Assembly (NCBI GenBank): GCA_016748015.1
Contig: JAAOMT010000082.1
Coordinates: 48,857-112,856, forward strand
DNA from: Geosiphon pyriformis uo1
Taxonomy: Eukaryota; Fungi; Glomeromycota
Length of the DNA stretch: 64,000 nucleotides
Direction: 5' to 3'
Every line of letters starts with the position of its first letter. Within the stretch, counting starts at the first letter, position 1. The notes under the pieces are model-generated. The model was given only the letters and a program-made list of their open reading frames with translations, did no database searches and was not told where the DNA came from. This document shows positions 49,886 to 64,000 of the stretch, piece after piece. A program made the translations under genes and the position numbers.

Positions 49886-52157
49886 ATTTTTTTTTATGAA
49901 TTTAGCAAGTATGATCCAACCACAATCTAGAAATTAGAACCAAACTAAGTAATCTAGGATTAAATATGGCTCACATACTTACTATATATAACCAATTACT
50001 CAAGCCAGTTTAGACTATACTATGTTGATGCACCAGAAGAAAACTTATCCAAAAAAAACATTTTTTAAACAATCTCAAACAATATAGCACTATTATTAAC
50101 CAATTCAATTAACTACTCAGCTGTTTTAAAAGCATTAGTTTTTACAGCAGCAGATTCATGTTTCCAAAGAGACATTAAATTAGAAAACATAGCATCATCA
50201 AAAGATAACAAACTCACATGGAAGCCAGACATATCAATGTCCTCAAAATCACACTTAGTTTTTAGAGCAACCACTTATTACTCCAATTTATCAATAGTTC
50301 TACTAAAGGTACTTATGTAAACCAAAACTTTGTTGATCCTAAGGCCAAGAGTTGTACTTGAAACCAAATTACCATTAACAAATTGTTCAAAAATTTTGAT
50401 CATAGAGCCAATAGGCTTAACAATAGATTCAACCAAAACAGAAAGCTTGGCCAAATCAGATTCCAGAGACACCAGCCAAAAAAACACCAAAAAATTTTTA
50501 ATAGCCACAAAAAAAACAAAAGCCACCAAAAAAAGAAACTCAGAAAAAACAGAGGGAACAGATGTCTTTACATAAAACAAAAAACCAACTAAATGCGATT
50601 TAAATACCTTGGGAGCCTTAAAAAAAAGAGGTAGAACAATCTTGTAGTCTATAGTCAAGTGGTTTATCTCTTAACACTAAAAACAATACCAGCAACTAAA
50701 GGTTTCTCACCAAATATGGCATTTTTTTAGTGTATTAGTTTTTAGTACTGCAGCATCCAAATTAACCTAAGAACCAAATATAATTAAAGCAAACTGAAAA
50801 CAATAACCAGACTTAAGAGAATGAAAAATGAAACATGTTCAACTATCAACTTAAGAAATTATGTTACTAATTTTAAAAACCATGCAGCCAGAAGAGAGAT
50901 TGATCAACTTGGTCTTAAATCTATTATGAAACAGAATAGTTTTGTTTTGATTCACTAAGAGAAAGATCCTAATACTATTCTTGTCCACCAAAACTGACCA
51001 ATAATTCAAAGTGGACACAACAGAGTCCAACTTTTCAAAATAAACAACCATATATTGCCAAATATCAGCAGGCTTCAACACAATATAAGTGATTCTACCA
51101 AACATACTAAGAGCTGTTCTAATGTTAGCAGCAGACATATCCAAAGACACATTACACAGCACAACAGTAGCAGAAGGGGAACCAGACTCAGAAATCATCA
51201 AAGACTTGACAATTTTGAAAGTAATAAGATAAATAGAGCTTGTAAACTCAACCAAAAATGCAGCATTTAGAAAACTTTAAGAAGCAAATTTCATACAGAA
51301 GAGCTTCATATTGTTCTTAAAAACAGATTTTGCACCCAAAAAATCATATACAGATTGAAAAACAACTTTAACATAAGTTAATTTGATCTTAAAAGTAGTA
51401 TTAGACACCAAAGAGAAGGTCATCTATTCAGTAAACTTTTGACAACTAGTAATAGTTTTCTAAGCACCACCAGAAACCAGAAGAGAAGATGAGTCAGTTT
51501 TCATCTAATCAGCCCAGTTCTCAAAAGCAGATGACCTAATAGGAGATGGTTGTTTTGCTTTCAAAACTGGCAAAGATCTGCTAAAAGACACCATATTTGG
51601 CAACACAGTCAGTGGTTGATTTTGGCCTATCTTAGATAATGTGCTAAATAATACAGTAGAAATTTCACCTAAGATCTCAGTTAGAACCACAAAGGAGTGT
51701 AGTGTAACAATAGTAGAGACAAACAACTGCTCTCACTTTTCTAAATTTTTGGTCTTTTTAATCATTTTTTTTGAAGAAAAAATGCTAGCAGCACCAAATG
51801 TTAAAGCTATGGAAAGAAATACTAGCTTGTTAACTGGTCTATTATTAAACATTTTTGGGCTCTTAATAGAAGTGAAAACAATACTAAGACTAATCTAAAT
51901 GTGTCTTTTTAAAAAAACTTTGACTAATGAAAAACCAGCCAAAGATGAAAAAGTTGTTTTAATAACTATTAAAGACAGCTTTTCACGATTATTAGATAAA
52001 GAAAAGATTTTTATAATGTTTTGTCTAATTGTTTTTACAATAGAAAAAACTTCTCTGGTTAAAATTTTATTAAATATCTCAGAAAAAATATTAGATGCAG
52101 TTTTCTTACTCTTTGCTTTGATTATAATCATAAAATTAAGAAAACAAAGAGAGTATT
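49886..52157 (-). mobile_element. ORF1-only non-autonomous element, copy 2, with poly(A) and perfect 10-bp TSD
   Basis: Decayed ORF 50020-52131 starting MIIIKAKSKK and ending DKFSSGAST*; LINE-type 3' UTR; TSD AGTTGTATAT at 49876-49885 and 52158-52167. Confidence 0.92.
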
Positions 52158-53330
52158 AGTTGTATATTTAGTATAAATATAATTAATTGAATTATAAATA
52201 ATTACACAAAATTTTTCATCAATTAAACCAATAAAATTTTAAAGTTTATAAGTATTTGTTTTTATAAAAAATATATAAAGCAAAATTAAAACTTATTTTT
52301 AGAATCCTATAATTGTTTATTAATATTAACTCTGGTTATACAAACTGTATTTTTTCTAATAAAAATAAATTATTTAAATATTAAAAGATCAGTTTAATTT
52401 TAATTATCTAATTTAATGATTATTTTTTGTTATAATTTTATTAATTATATTTTAATTAACTTAATAATATTAAAATTAATAAATATAACTTGTATAATTT
52501 TTATAGATATTTTTATAAGAATTTTTTTTAAAATAATTGCTTAATTTATATAATTATTTATTAGTTTTTTGAAATTAGTATTTATTATAATATTTCAATT
52601 ATTTGTCAAATTTGTTATAATTAACTTTTTTTTTTAAAAAATAAAATATGTTTAAATTATTTACATTAAAAAAAAATTTTTAATGATTTTTAATTTGTTC
52701 TAAAAAACTTTTATTAATAGTCAATAAATTTATATTTAAAACAAAAAAATTATAAACCAGAATATTTACTAGTACTTTTAATAATAATAATAATAAAAAA
52801 GTTATTTAAAACATTATTGTTACTGTTATAATTGTTATTAAAATTAATTATATTCAAAAAATTTTTTAATATTTGTTTTATTACAATTTTTTTTGGCATT
52901 TTAGAAGTTTTGATAAATTTATTACTACTTTCAATTTAAAAACTCATTTTTTTAATTAAAATTTTCTTTTTTATGTTTATATTTTTTATTTTAATGGTGT
53001 TTTTAGTTTTAAAATCAATTATTTTTTTAAGTGATAAGTTATTCTTAAAAGTATTAGTATTAATAATTACAATAAGTTTCTTTAATATTCTATTTTTACA
53101 TTTTTTTAACTAATAAGTCCATAGTAATTGAACTAAAACCAGATTTTATTTGGTTTTTTTAATACTTAAACTGCTATTTGTATTAACAACTCTATATATT
53201 TAAACAAAAAAAATTTAAATATATCTAACTAAATAATAAAAAATAAAAGAAAACAAAAAATATTTTTTTTAAAAATAATGTAATTTTTTAAGAATTTGAA
53301 ATATAAAAAAGAAAAAAGTTTTTTAATATA
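52158..53330 (-). pseudogene. Ghost LINE ORF1 5' half and 5' UTR, part 2 (continues across copy 2)
   Basis: LLYIFFIKTNTYKL*NFIGLIDEKFCVII matches LLYTL.V.TNAHDLWDFVGSVGGKTCVID of LINE C; 5' end resembles 25480-25560. Confidence 0.7.
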
Positions 53331-53489
53331 TAAATTATACAAATTAAAATTAGATAAAAAATATTAAAAAAAGCAGTACATAGTAATTAGCTAAAATTAT
53401 ATTATAATAAATTAATATTAATAACACAAATACTTAAAATTAAAACATAATTACTATTAATATTACTAAATAAGATTTTATAAAATTTA

Positions 53490-54540
53490 ATATTAATTGA
53501 TGACTTGGCTTTGATTTCAGCTAATTCAAAATTTTTGACATATATAACTGTGTTTTAGAGAGTATTTAAATACAATAAGTGTATTTGTTACAAAAAACTA
53601 CTGTATAATATATAAATAAACTGATTCAAAATCTGTAATACTGTAAAATAATCAGCTTCAATTGCTTGAATTTGGCACAGATTTTGATGAAAACATTTTA
53701 AATACATGGTAATTATTTTAGTATTGCTTTGTTTAATGGTGGTAAATTCAGTTAATAACCAATTAATACTATTATGATTGCTAAAATATTGTAAAAATGC
53801 AGTTTTAAACATGTCAAAATCTTAGAATTTGTTTACAAGAAGTATAAAATAACTTGAAAAGCTTTAATATTGTCTTATTTATTAGTTGTAATGACTTTTT
53901 TTATATTATTTAGCTATGCTTAAATGTTGTTTTCTTTATTGGTAAATTTTTTAAGTTTGATAATTAATGTGTATATTATTTGTGCAAGTTGTTATTATTG
54001 TGGTTATTAAGGAGTGGCAATTGGTGTTATTGGCAATTAATTAATCAAAATAATTAAAAATAGGTATTATTAAAAAATAAAAATAAAATTTAGATTGTTT
54101 AAGTTTTGCTAAGTTTGAACAATCAGAGTTTGAACTTTTAGATTATTTGAAATTAGGTTTTAATTAATATTTTTCTGATTACTGTTTTTTTTTTTAAATT
54201 AGTGTCTGTTTAATTACTGATAGATTTGAAATTTGGTTAAGATGGTAGTAATTAAAATTTTAATAAAGTTGTTAATTATGATTTAAATTTTTTAAAGAAA
54301 TTGTTATAGATTTTTAATAATTTGGTTTTTTCCTGGTTATTTTGAAATAGTACTCATAATAATAGTGTCTTTACAATTGATAGTAATATAGATTCAGATA
54401 GTATATAAATAATATTTTTTGGTATATAGTAATAAAATAAATATAATGAAAAAATAATTCTGGATTTCTTCTAATTAAGTAGTTGTATTAATTTAGATAT
54501 ATTTGCTGATGTTTTTATTTTGTTTTTGTCTTTTTTCACA
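53490..54540 (-). pseudogene. gag: Gypsy gag fragment (same family as the tandem array)
   Basis: FKTAFLQYFSNHNSINWLLTEFTTIKQ..FHQNLCQIQAIEADYFTVLQILNQFI; colinear with 13150-14059 and extends beyond it. Confidence 0.8.
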
Positions 54541-54795
54541 AATATTATTGAAAATTTTTGTTTACATATATTAGCCATTAATATTATATAATTTTTTATA
54601 CTATTTTTAAATAGTAATTATTAACTTAATCAATGATTTAATTGTTAATCTAATTAATAATTTGATTATTGACTATTTTTAATAGCTATATAAGCAATAA
54701 GTTTTTTAAATATAAGAATATATGTAAAAAATCAAAAGAATAAAACAATATCTATTAACTTAATCTTTCTTTTATTGTTTATTTTTTTTTTCTCA

Positions 54796-57088
54796 TTTTT
54801 TTTATTTTATTTTTTTATTTATTGTTTAACAAGTGCAGCCCAAAAGCTACCTAGTACAATACATCAAACTAAGTAATCTAAACTAGGTGTTAATCATGTT
54901 TTCTATACGTAACTAGTCACTTAAACCAATCAAAAACACACTATGTTAAAGTCTTAGAAGAAAACTTATCCAAAAAAAACATTTTCTGAACAATACTAAA
55001 CAAAATAACACTATTAAGAACCAATCCAACCAGCTATTCAGCTGTTTTTAAGAGATTAGTTTTAATATGAACAGGCTTATAAGCCTAAAGAGACATCAAA
55101 TTAGAAAATATATTATCATCTACACTAATTAGATGTTCCAAATCATCAAACATATCAATATCTTCTATACAGCACTCTTTTTTCAAAAAAACCACCTCTT
55201 TTTTCAGCTTATCAACAGTCCTATTAAAAGAACTCATATGCACCAAAACTTTATTGATTTTAAAACCAAAAGCATTACTTAAAACTAAATCACCATTAAT
55301 AAATTGTTTAAAAGTTGTAACCAAAGAGCCAATAGGCTTAACAATAGATTCAACCAAAGCAGAAAGCTTAGTTAAATCAGATTCTAAAGAAGACAATTAG
55401 AACAGCACCAAAAGATTACCAACAACAAATAAAGAAGAGACAAGAGGTGACAGAGGTGGAAATTCAAAAAAGCTTAAAGGAGCAAAAGTCTTGGCATAAA
55501 ACTTAAAACTAACAAAGCATAGTGTAAACATCTTGGAAAACTTGGAAGAGAGAAATAAAGAAACTTTACAGTCCACAGCCAAATAGTCTAGCTCTTAATA
55601 TTTAAAACAACACTGACAACCAGAAATTTCTCACCAAATATGGCATTTTTTTAGTATAACAGTTTTAACAATAGCAGAATTTAAATCAGCTTGGAAACCA
55701 AATATAACTAGAGCAAACCAGAAACAATGACCAGACTTAAGAGAATAAAGAATAAAAATATGTTTGACCATCAACTTAAGAAATCATATCACTAATTTCA
55801 AAAACTATGTATCTAGAAGAAAGATTAATCAATTTGGCCTTAAATCTATTATAAAACAAAATAGTCTTATTTTAATTCACCAAAAAAAAAATTCTAATAC
55901 TATCTTTGCCCACCAAGACTGATCAATGATTTAAAGCAGACACAGCAGAGTCCAACTTCTTAAAATAAACCACCATATACTGCCAAATGCCAGCAGACTT
56001 CAGTACAACACAAGTAACATTACCAAATACACTAAGAGCTGTCTTAATATTAGTAGCAGACACATTCAAAGGCATATCACATAGCACAACAATAGCAGAA
56101 AAGAAACCAGACTCAGAAACCACCAAAGACTTGGCAATTTTAAGGGTAGTTAAATATAGAGAGCTTGTAAGTTCAACCAAAAATATAGCTTCCAAAAACA
56201 CTTAAGGAGCAAACTCCACTCAAAACAGCTTTATATTGTCTTTTAATACTGATTTTGCATCCAAAAAACCATGTATTAAGTGAAAAACAGTCTTAATATA
56301 AGCCAATTTGATCTTAAAAATAGCATCAGGCACCAGAGTAAAGGCCACCCATCCAGCAAATCTTTGATAATTAGTAATAGTTTTTAAAACACCACCAGTG
56401 GCAGCACCAGAAACCAGAGGAGAAAATGATTTAGTTTTCATTTGATCAGTCCAGTTCTCAAAAACAAATGACACTATAGGAGATGGTTGCTTTGTTTCTA
56501 AAACTGGTAATGACCTGTCAGAAGACACTATATTTGACAATATAGTTAGTAGTTAATTTTGGTCTATTTTGGATAACATGCCAAATAATACAACAGAGAT
56601 CTTATTTAAGACCTTATTTGGAACCACAAAGGAGTATGGTATAATAATAGCAGAAGCAAACAACTGCTCCCACTTTTTTGAACTTTTGGTCTTTTTGACT
56701 ATTTTCTTTAAAAAAGAGATGTTAGAAGCATCAGACATTGAAGCTATGGAGGGAAATACTAGCTTGTTAACTGGTTTATTATTAAATACTTTTGGGCTCT
56801 TAGTAAGAGTGGAGGCAATATTAGAACTAACCTAAGTGTGTCTCTTTGATGAAACTTTGACTGGTAAAAAACCAGCCAAAGAAGAAAAATTGCTTTAATG
56901 GCTACTAAAGACAGCTTTTTCACAATTACTGAGTAAAAAGAAGACTTTTAAAACGTTTTGCCTAATAGCTTCTACAACAAAAAGAGCCCTTCTAGTTGAA
57001 ATTCTATTAAATATCTCAGAAAAAATATTAGGTACAGCTTTTTTACTCTTTGCTCTGATTGTGGTTATAAAATTAAGAAAACAAAAAG
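54796..57088 (-). mobile_element. ORF1-only non-autonomous element, copy 3
   Basis: Decayed ORF 54941-57068; best-preserved 3' UTR (54826-54940); T-run-CTCA-T-run at both ends (54783-54800 and 57089-57106) as probable TSD. Confidence 0.9.
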
Positions 57089-57662
57089 TTTTTTTTCTCA
57101 TTTTTTACTTTTAAATATTTGAATATTTTGAAATAAAAAATTATTTGTTGATATTTATCTATCTTTTTCTAATCTGTATAATTGTAATATTTGAAAATTA
57201 TTAAATAAAATATGATTAAAAAATATATTTAATATTTAATATCAAATTCTAAAAATGCTAATATAAGACATAAAATTGTATTAATATGTTATTATTTGTT
57301 GACAATACAGATTATCTCTTTACTTTTAAATTTCTTAGTTATCTTTTGGAAAAATTAACAATTAAGATATTTTATAAGACTAATTTTACATATTAAATTT
57401 ATATTCATTTAATTTACTCTTTAAAATTAAATTCTTTTTAATTAATTTTATTATTTTATAATTCTGTTTTCCTTTGTTATTTGTTAATTTGTTACTTTAA
57501 TCCATAATAATATTTTTAATTTGCCAAAATATTAGAAAAAAATACTAAATTATTAATAGTATTATAATAAATAGTATAAAAAAAGGCTTTTTTTTTAAGA
57601 AAATATATTTTTTATTAGATATTTTATCTTAAAATTAATATAAATCTATTTAATAAAGTTAT

Positions 57663-60600
57663 CTTTTTTTTTTATTAGTTTAATGAGTAAAGCCTAATCA
57701 CTATCTAATACAATACAACTATCTAAAGTTCTAAATTAAATATGATTTACACTTTTATTACATGTGACCAGTCACTTGGCCAATCAAGACTACACTATGC
57801 AACTATATTTACTGTAACTTTATTAGCAGCACCAGCAAAAAACAAATGGCCAATACTCAGGCCAAAGTTGGTGGCATAACCTCTCTCAATCCCTAACAAA
57901 CAAGTAACACCATCTGAAATCTTAACAAGAAGACTCCAAATAATATTATATAAAGATCCATCTGCTTGTAGCAACCTATAATGCTCCATCTTAGCTCAAA
58001 GTTTTGAATTAGGCACCCAAATTTGCTCCCTATGGCCAGCAACCATACTCTGAACAAATTTGATCAGATTTGACATTGCAAGCTTAGTATCTACAAAAGA
58101 TGCTTTAGCATCTGTCAACCAATTTTCAAACACAAAACCCTTACACAAAATTGTATAAAGACCAACATTAGAGACAGAAGAAGCCAAACACTGCAGAACT
58201 GTAGATAATGACAAGGTAGTCTTAGTAAGAGACTTCCAAAGAAAAGAATGCTCACTTAATAAGCTCTAATGCATCAAAAAATCCAAACTATAAACAAAAC
58301 TATGATCTGAGAAATCTACCTTCTTGCAATGTACACATAACACATTAGAATAACTTCGATTATATAAGTGCTTTCTAACAGTCACAGGTAGTCTTCTATG
58401 TAAAGCTTTTATCAAATATGTGCATAAACCAGCAGTGGCTTTGCTCGTATATTCTGCAGACATGTGGAAGTTAGAGTGCCAGACCAAGGCAGTACAAACC
58501 CAATTTATGTCACTGATTCACAAAGGATTTACAATACTCAAGCCAGGTCCAAATTCCCATTGAAAATGTCTAACAATATCATTTGTTGTCCTAATAAAGT
58601 GGTGTGTATTGCCAGAAATTACCTTACCTTTTGCTATTAAGATTTTTTCTCTGATGTTTGCTAAAAAAACAAGCCCTAACAATATGGCCAGATTAGCCAA
58701 CTAATTAGTGCACTTGTTGTTCAACACATTAGAATGACTTTTCACCTTTGTCCAAGTGACAGAAATGTTTTTATATTTGACCAAATTGTAAATATAATGG
58801 TGTTTTATCTAATATTTGTTGCAAAAATCAGAAGCTACCAATCTCAACTCAGCTTTGCAAGCATTTAAAGAAGTCTGACTGTCAAAAAAAACTGTAACAT
58901 TTGAGAAAACCAGAATGTATTTGAGAGCCAGTGTAACAGCCTGCATTTTAGTTAAGGTAGATAATAGCAAGCCATAAACTTCCACACTTATGTGTAAACC
59001 CAGATCAGAAAAATAGGTGGCAGTCCCTCCGACAGCATTAAAAGTACTAAAGTTTTTAACAGAACTATCAGTATAAACTGAAATCACTGGCAAAGAAGCG
59101 TTTTTCAAATTAAAATGGACAAAACCAAAGCTGTTCATATTAGAAACATCTAACTTGGAAGGGAATTCTAAAATAGAAGACAAACTTTTAACCAAACCAC
59201 CACTCTTGACAAAATCTATAACCAGTGTGAACTATAAAAGAACTGGACCTCTGAGATCCAATTGTTTCCAACAGCAAAAATCCTTCCAATTAAAACATTC
59301 TCCATGACTGTTCAATAATTGGTCTGCAAAAATAATTCCAAAATGCTTCAGTAATCTGCAAATCCAGAGATACAGTGCTTGGCCTAAAACATTCAAAACA
59401 GGAAAACTATACTTGAAACAAAAGGCATTGGGCAAGCAATTAGATAAGAAAATCTTATTATGCAAAAAAATTTTAATAACACCAGCCAGAAAATTGTTCA
59501 TCAAATTGACCATCAACTTAACAGAAAACTAAAAAGGGTTCTAAGGTACTTAGCCCAAAACCTGCAGATCCATTAATCTATGCCCAAATAGTTGACCTAT
59601 TATTCCTCTATCATTAGTGAATTATAATGCTGATGAGACTTTTGCCTCTGCCTAAACTTGTTCAAAGGGCTTCAAATTGTACAAAGAAGGATAGTGCACC
59701 ACCTTATTAGGAAAATCCCTAGACAAACTGGCTTTAGACTTTAACTCTTTCCTAATTATATGGTCTTATTTCTCACACGTGCCTCTATTAATGAAGCTAA
59801 ATTGAGTTCTATATCCTACTATGAACTGCAAAACAGTTGAAACCAAATAAGAGAACTGCTTGTCCATGATAGTTTTGTGCAAAACCATGAATAAAAAAAA
59901 CTTGACATCTGAATTTACCTTCTTTAAACTTGGACCAAAAAGACTTTTAGTCAACAGAAAAATACCCAAATACCGATGAACCTCATCAGCCTTTGTGATT
60001 GAAACTGGAGACCTGCTTACTTCAAAAGAGATATTGCTGAACCTTGGGTTAATAGGGATGGCAACTGTCTTTTCCATGTTGATCAATATATCTATTAATT
60101 CAAAGAACTTATTAGCAATGTTTAAAATGTTTTGTGTCACTGTATGACAATTTCCAACCTAAATAGTATCATCCACAAAAGCACCAGCAGCCAAATAAGA
60201 AATCAGATCAGTATTTGATTCAATTTTGCTTGTTCTGGCCACAAATTTGGAATTGACCCAATACACAAAAAACGACTCATGTTTCTTCACTTTGTACAAC
60301 AGAGGATCATAAAAAATTCTCCACAAAAGAGGAGAAAAAACTTCCTCTTGGTCCAGACTATCATGAACTTTGTAATCCTTGGACAAACCAAAGTTCATCA
60401 TAATCTTATTCATATGGCCATTGTGAATACTACCAAAAAACCTGACAAACTTATTACATATTTTGATTCTCTCCAAACTACTTTTCAAATGTAACCAGTC
60501 TACTGAATTATAAGCTTTGCGCATGTTCTAAAGTATCAGCCAGAGCTTCCTGCCCTTTTTCAAAGCATTTTTCACAACAGATCCTATAACAAAAATAGGG

Positions 60601-63600
60601 GACTGAATAGAAGTGTCTTTTAATACTGAAAAGTTGTTTCCACGCAGAATGTTATTTGTGCTGCAAGCTTTCAAAATACAATCAGACAAGATCTTTAAGA
60701 GAATTTTCCTAGAAGTCTCAATAAAAACAATAGATCTGATGTTTGTTAGAACTTCTTCCCACTCATAAGGTTTTGGAATCATGAATATCCAGGCTTCTTT
60801 TCAGACATCTGAAACAGATTCACATACCAAACATAAGTTGAGCAAATGCAATAAAAGAACCAGAACAAACTCATCACAATGTTTCTATATTTCATTAAAA
60901 ATACCAGACAAACCAGCAGCTTTGCCATCAGAAAGATTCTTAACCATTGACAAAAACTCATTAAAATTAATTCGCTTTATTACACCAGAAAATGCACTAA
61001 TATTGACATAATCAAGAGGAGAAAATTGTTCTTGTCAATGGAAAAGAGCAGAAGATTTAACTGTGTATTTCCTAGTCCAATTTTTTATAATTAAATTTAC
61101 TCTGTTCTTGACTAAATCAGACTCTAAAACCAAATCTTCATTATCAACCAGATGGTCCAATATAACTTTTCTGAAAGGCTTTTCCAATACACTCCTGATT
61201 ATTTGATCTTTGTTGTTTACAAAAGCTTCTATGTACTTAGCAATGGCTGCCCAGATCTGTGAATCTTTAGTAGCCTTGGAGTCCAAAAACTTGCAAGACT
61301 TATACAATTTTCTAAAACAAGCCAGTGATTGTTCAACCAACATTTTGCCATAACCATTGCCCAAAGAGCTCTTGAACTCTACAACTTAGTCAAAATTCAA
61401 GTCAACTCATTTATTAATTAAAGCCTGAAATCTTCCCAAATCTTCTGATTTATATTTACACAAAATTTTTGTCACCAAAAGTTCTAACTTGTGAAATCTA
61501 GAAGATACAGCAGTTTTGACCAACCTGTTATCTTTAGACCATGTTTTAACAAGAGTAGCTTCTACTGCAAAGCATACCACCCAATAGAGCAGTGTCCACA
61601 TTCCATTAATATTATCTTTAGTTCTGTGGTATTCAAAATTATCAGCAGCCTTTGAAGCAGCAGCCAATGATGCATCCTCAAACTTTTTCCAAATCTCACT
61701 ACTGATGTTATTGACTTTGTATCTCCATTTTTTTTTGCAGCCTGTTTGTGTATTGAAGTAAGCTGAGAATCAAAAAGGCCCCCCAAACCAATATCCATTG
61801 ACACAACCAAGTAGTTAGAATCAAAAAATTCATCTGGACAGTAAACTTTTTAGTTAAAAGAAAAGCTGTAAAGACCATCATTAACTAAAATAAAGTTTAT
61901 ACACTTCTTAACACCCTTCAAATTGGACCATGTGAGAAGCCTATACAAAGAAGAACCATGCAAAAAATTAAGCAAACCCAGATCCAAACATTTCTTGAAG
62001 CTTGCACTGCGACCAAAATTATTTTCATTAAAGTTACTACTACTAACAACAAATGTACTGCTATTTAAAGCCTCAATCACTATTAAATTAACAAAATGTG
62101 AGTGAGCCAGCCTCTTTTCCAAAGTGGCACTTGCATACAAGCCTAAAATTGTTACTGAACACTTGTTTTTGAAGAGCAGCTTTACAGAAATGAGTCAACT
62201 AGGCACCTCAGAAACTTTACACACATGCTTTGCTAGAAAAACATCCAAAATTATGGTGACATCTAAACTTAAATAACCAGACTCTAAACCAAAGATAAAC
62301 ACTCAAATGCCATTAAATTTATTCACAATTCATGAACAAACTTTGCTTTTCAACTTTGTTTCAGTAACTACAGAAATTACATTGTCCATATTTTTGTGCC
62401 AGTAAATAATATCTTCCTGTTTGGCAGAATTGTTTATGCCTCTGATGTTACATGTAGCCATTTTCCATACCAAACTACTCATTGAAATGAAAAAAGAGCT
62501 GAAGAATCTGAACTAGAACACAAATGATCCAATCTTTTTAATATTGAGCCGATTGAAACCTTAAAAGCTATTATTTTCAATTTCAATCCATCCACCTTGG
62601 AGATCAGAATCTTAGAAAAACTTAAACTAGAGTCACAGACCATATCATCAACAACTAAAAGAAAAGGAGCAGATGTCAACATCACATTATCTAAAACCAT
62701 ATTCACATCCAAAATGTGACACCATAGGGGTGTAAGTGACCAGAGGAGGAACATCAAAAGAGAGTACCATTGGTGCCAGTTCCACACAACTTAACTTTTT
62801 CAATATATCAGACACCTGATCCATCAAAAGCTCCAAGGAGCATTCTAAAGAGGCCAAACAGGCATTCAATAAAGAGTTGTTAGCTGAAACAAGAAAGGAA
62901 ACACCATTTAAATCTAAGATATTAAAGGAGAGAGGCCAGAACTGAAACCAGAACTGAAATGAAAACCACCAGAAGGACCAACAAGTGAGACTACCTGGGC
63001 CCAAGTTTTACCACTAAAAGCAGCAGAGTGAGAAATCAGAACACTTTTTCTTTTATACAATCTTGTCAACTAAAGACAATACATATTAAAAGCATTTCTT
63101 TTAAAGTTTTTTTCAGGAAGAACAGGAACCAGAATGTCAGAAACATCATATTCTAAAGCTGAATGTCCAAACTTCTTACACTTTTCACACCGAACCAAGT
63201 CTAATCTTGTCCAAGAAAGTCTTATACCACCAAATATTAGCTCAATGCAAAATGCAGATTCAAGCTCATTTTCAGATTTAAAACCAACAACAGCACAGCA
63301 AGTCTGGTTGCCAGTCTCTAGAAAATGATTGATCACACAAGTTTTCTCACCAGTCCCTTCCAAAAGAGTATCAAGATCATGCACAGTTGTTCCTACTGAC
63401 AAAGTAAACAAAAGCACCCTAAAGCAATCTCTAAACATCCAAGTATTCCAATCTCCTATGGCCATAGCCACATGTACTGAGTCCTTTCTAATGAGAAATA
63501 ATTATCTTGATGCCAGCTGTTTTGCCTGCTTTAATTCAGCAAATTTCACTACAGTCTTCTGCCACATTCCAATCAGCTGAATTTTAATCAACTTAATATT

Positions 63601-64000
63601 ACCAAACTCAGATACTATGGTAACAATTATTTCTTTTGGCATGTCCATGAGAATTTTTTTGATTACTATGGCCCAATTTGAACAAACTCTTTGTTTCTTG
63701 AGATTGCTGTTTATATTGATTCCCTTTTTCTTGGCCAATAAAGCAGTCTTATTCATGTTTTCTTCAGATGTAAAGGTAAATTAGATAATTTTTTCAAATT
63801 TTGAGGAAGTAGTGATTCCTCCAAAACCATTGACTAATGAAAAAATTTTTCTAATTAACTGAGTCTTTGCCATAACAGATTTGTTTTCTACTGCCGAAAG
63901 GTTGATATTTAAAACAAAGGATTTCTTCACTGAAACTTCTATCTGAGTTTTTATAACCTTAGAATCAATCTACTTTTTGTTAAAAGAAACACTGAGAGAA
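57663..64000 (-). mobile_element. LINE copy D (ORF2 57795-62482; ORF1 runs off the window), divergent ORF2 subfamily
   Basis: WKMATCNIRG, AAGAFVDDTI, VYTDSSV, FDSQ, CVHCKKVDFSDHSF; shared 3' UTR and poly(A). Confidence 0.92.

Overview
Eukaryotic, AT-rich, almost entirely transposon-derived window. Composition and protein families suggest a Glomeromycotina fungus (Geosiphon/arbuscular-mycorrhizal type); this is an inference. Contents: (i) one probable host exon at the left edge; (ii) four near-complete, decayed ~6.8 kb LINEs (ORF1 with RRM-like repeats and CCHC; ORF2 with APE endonuclease, RT, RNase H and Zn finger), plus fragments and extremely AT-decayed 'ghost' copies; (iii) three copies of a ~2.25 kb ORF1-only element with no RT that ends in the LINE 3' tail and poly(A), with a perfect TSD in one copy (a Half-LINE/HAL1-like non-autonomous family); (iv) a ~9.6 kb Ty3/Gypsy element (gag, PR, Cys-rich insert, dUTPase, RT, RH, IN, extra ORF3) abutting the 3' half of an older Gypsy that carries a homologous ORF3; (v) a tandem [LTR+gag] array; (vi) a 456-N assembly gap. 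All repeats show strongly transition-biased C>T/G>A decay. Best candidates for something new: the ORF1-only family with its shared, apparently structured 3' tail; the conserved env-position ORF3 in two Gypsy families; and RIP-like hypermutation. Boundaries in decayed regions are approximate and all alignments were done by eye.
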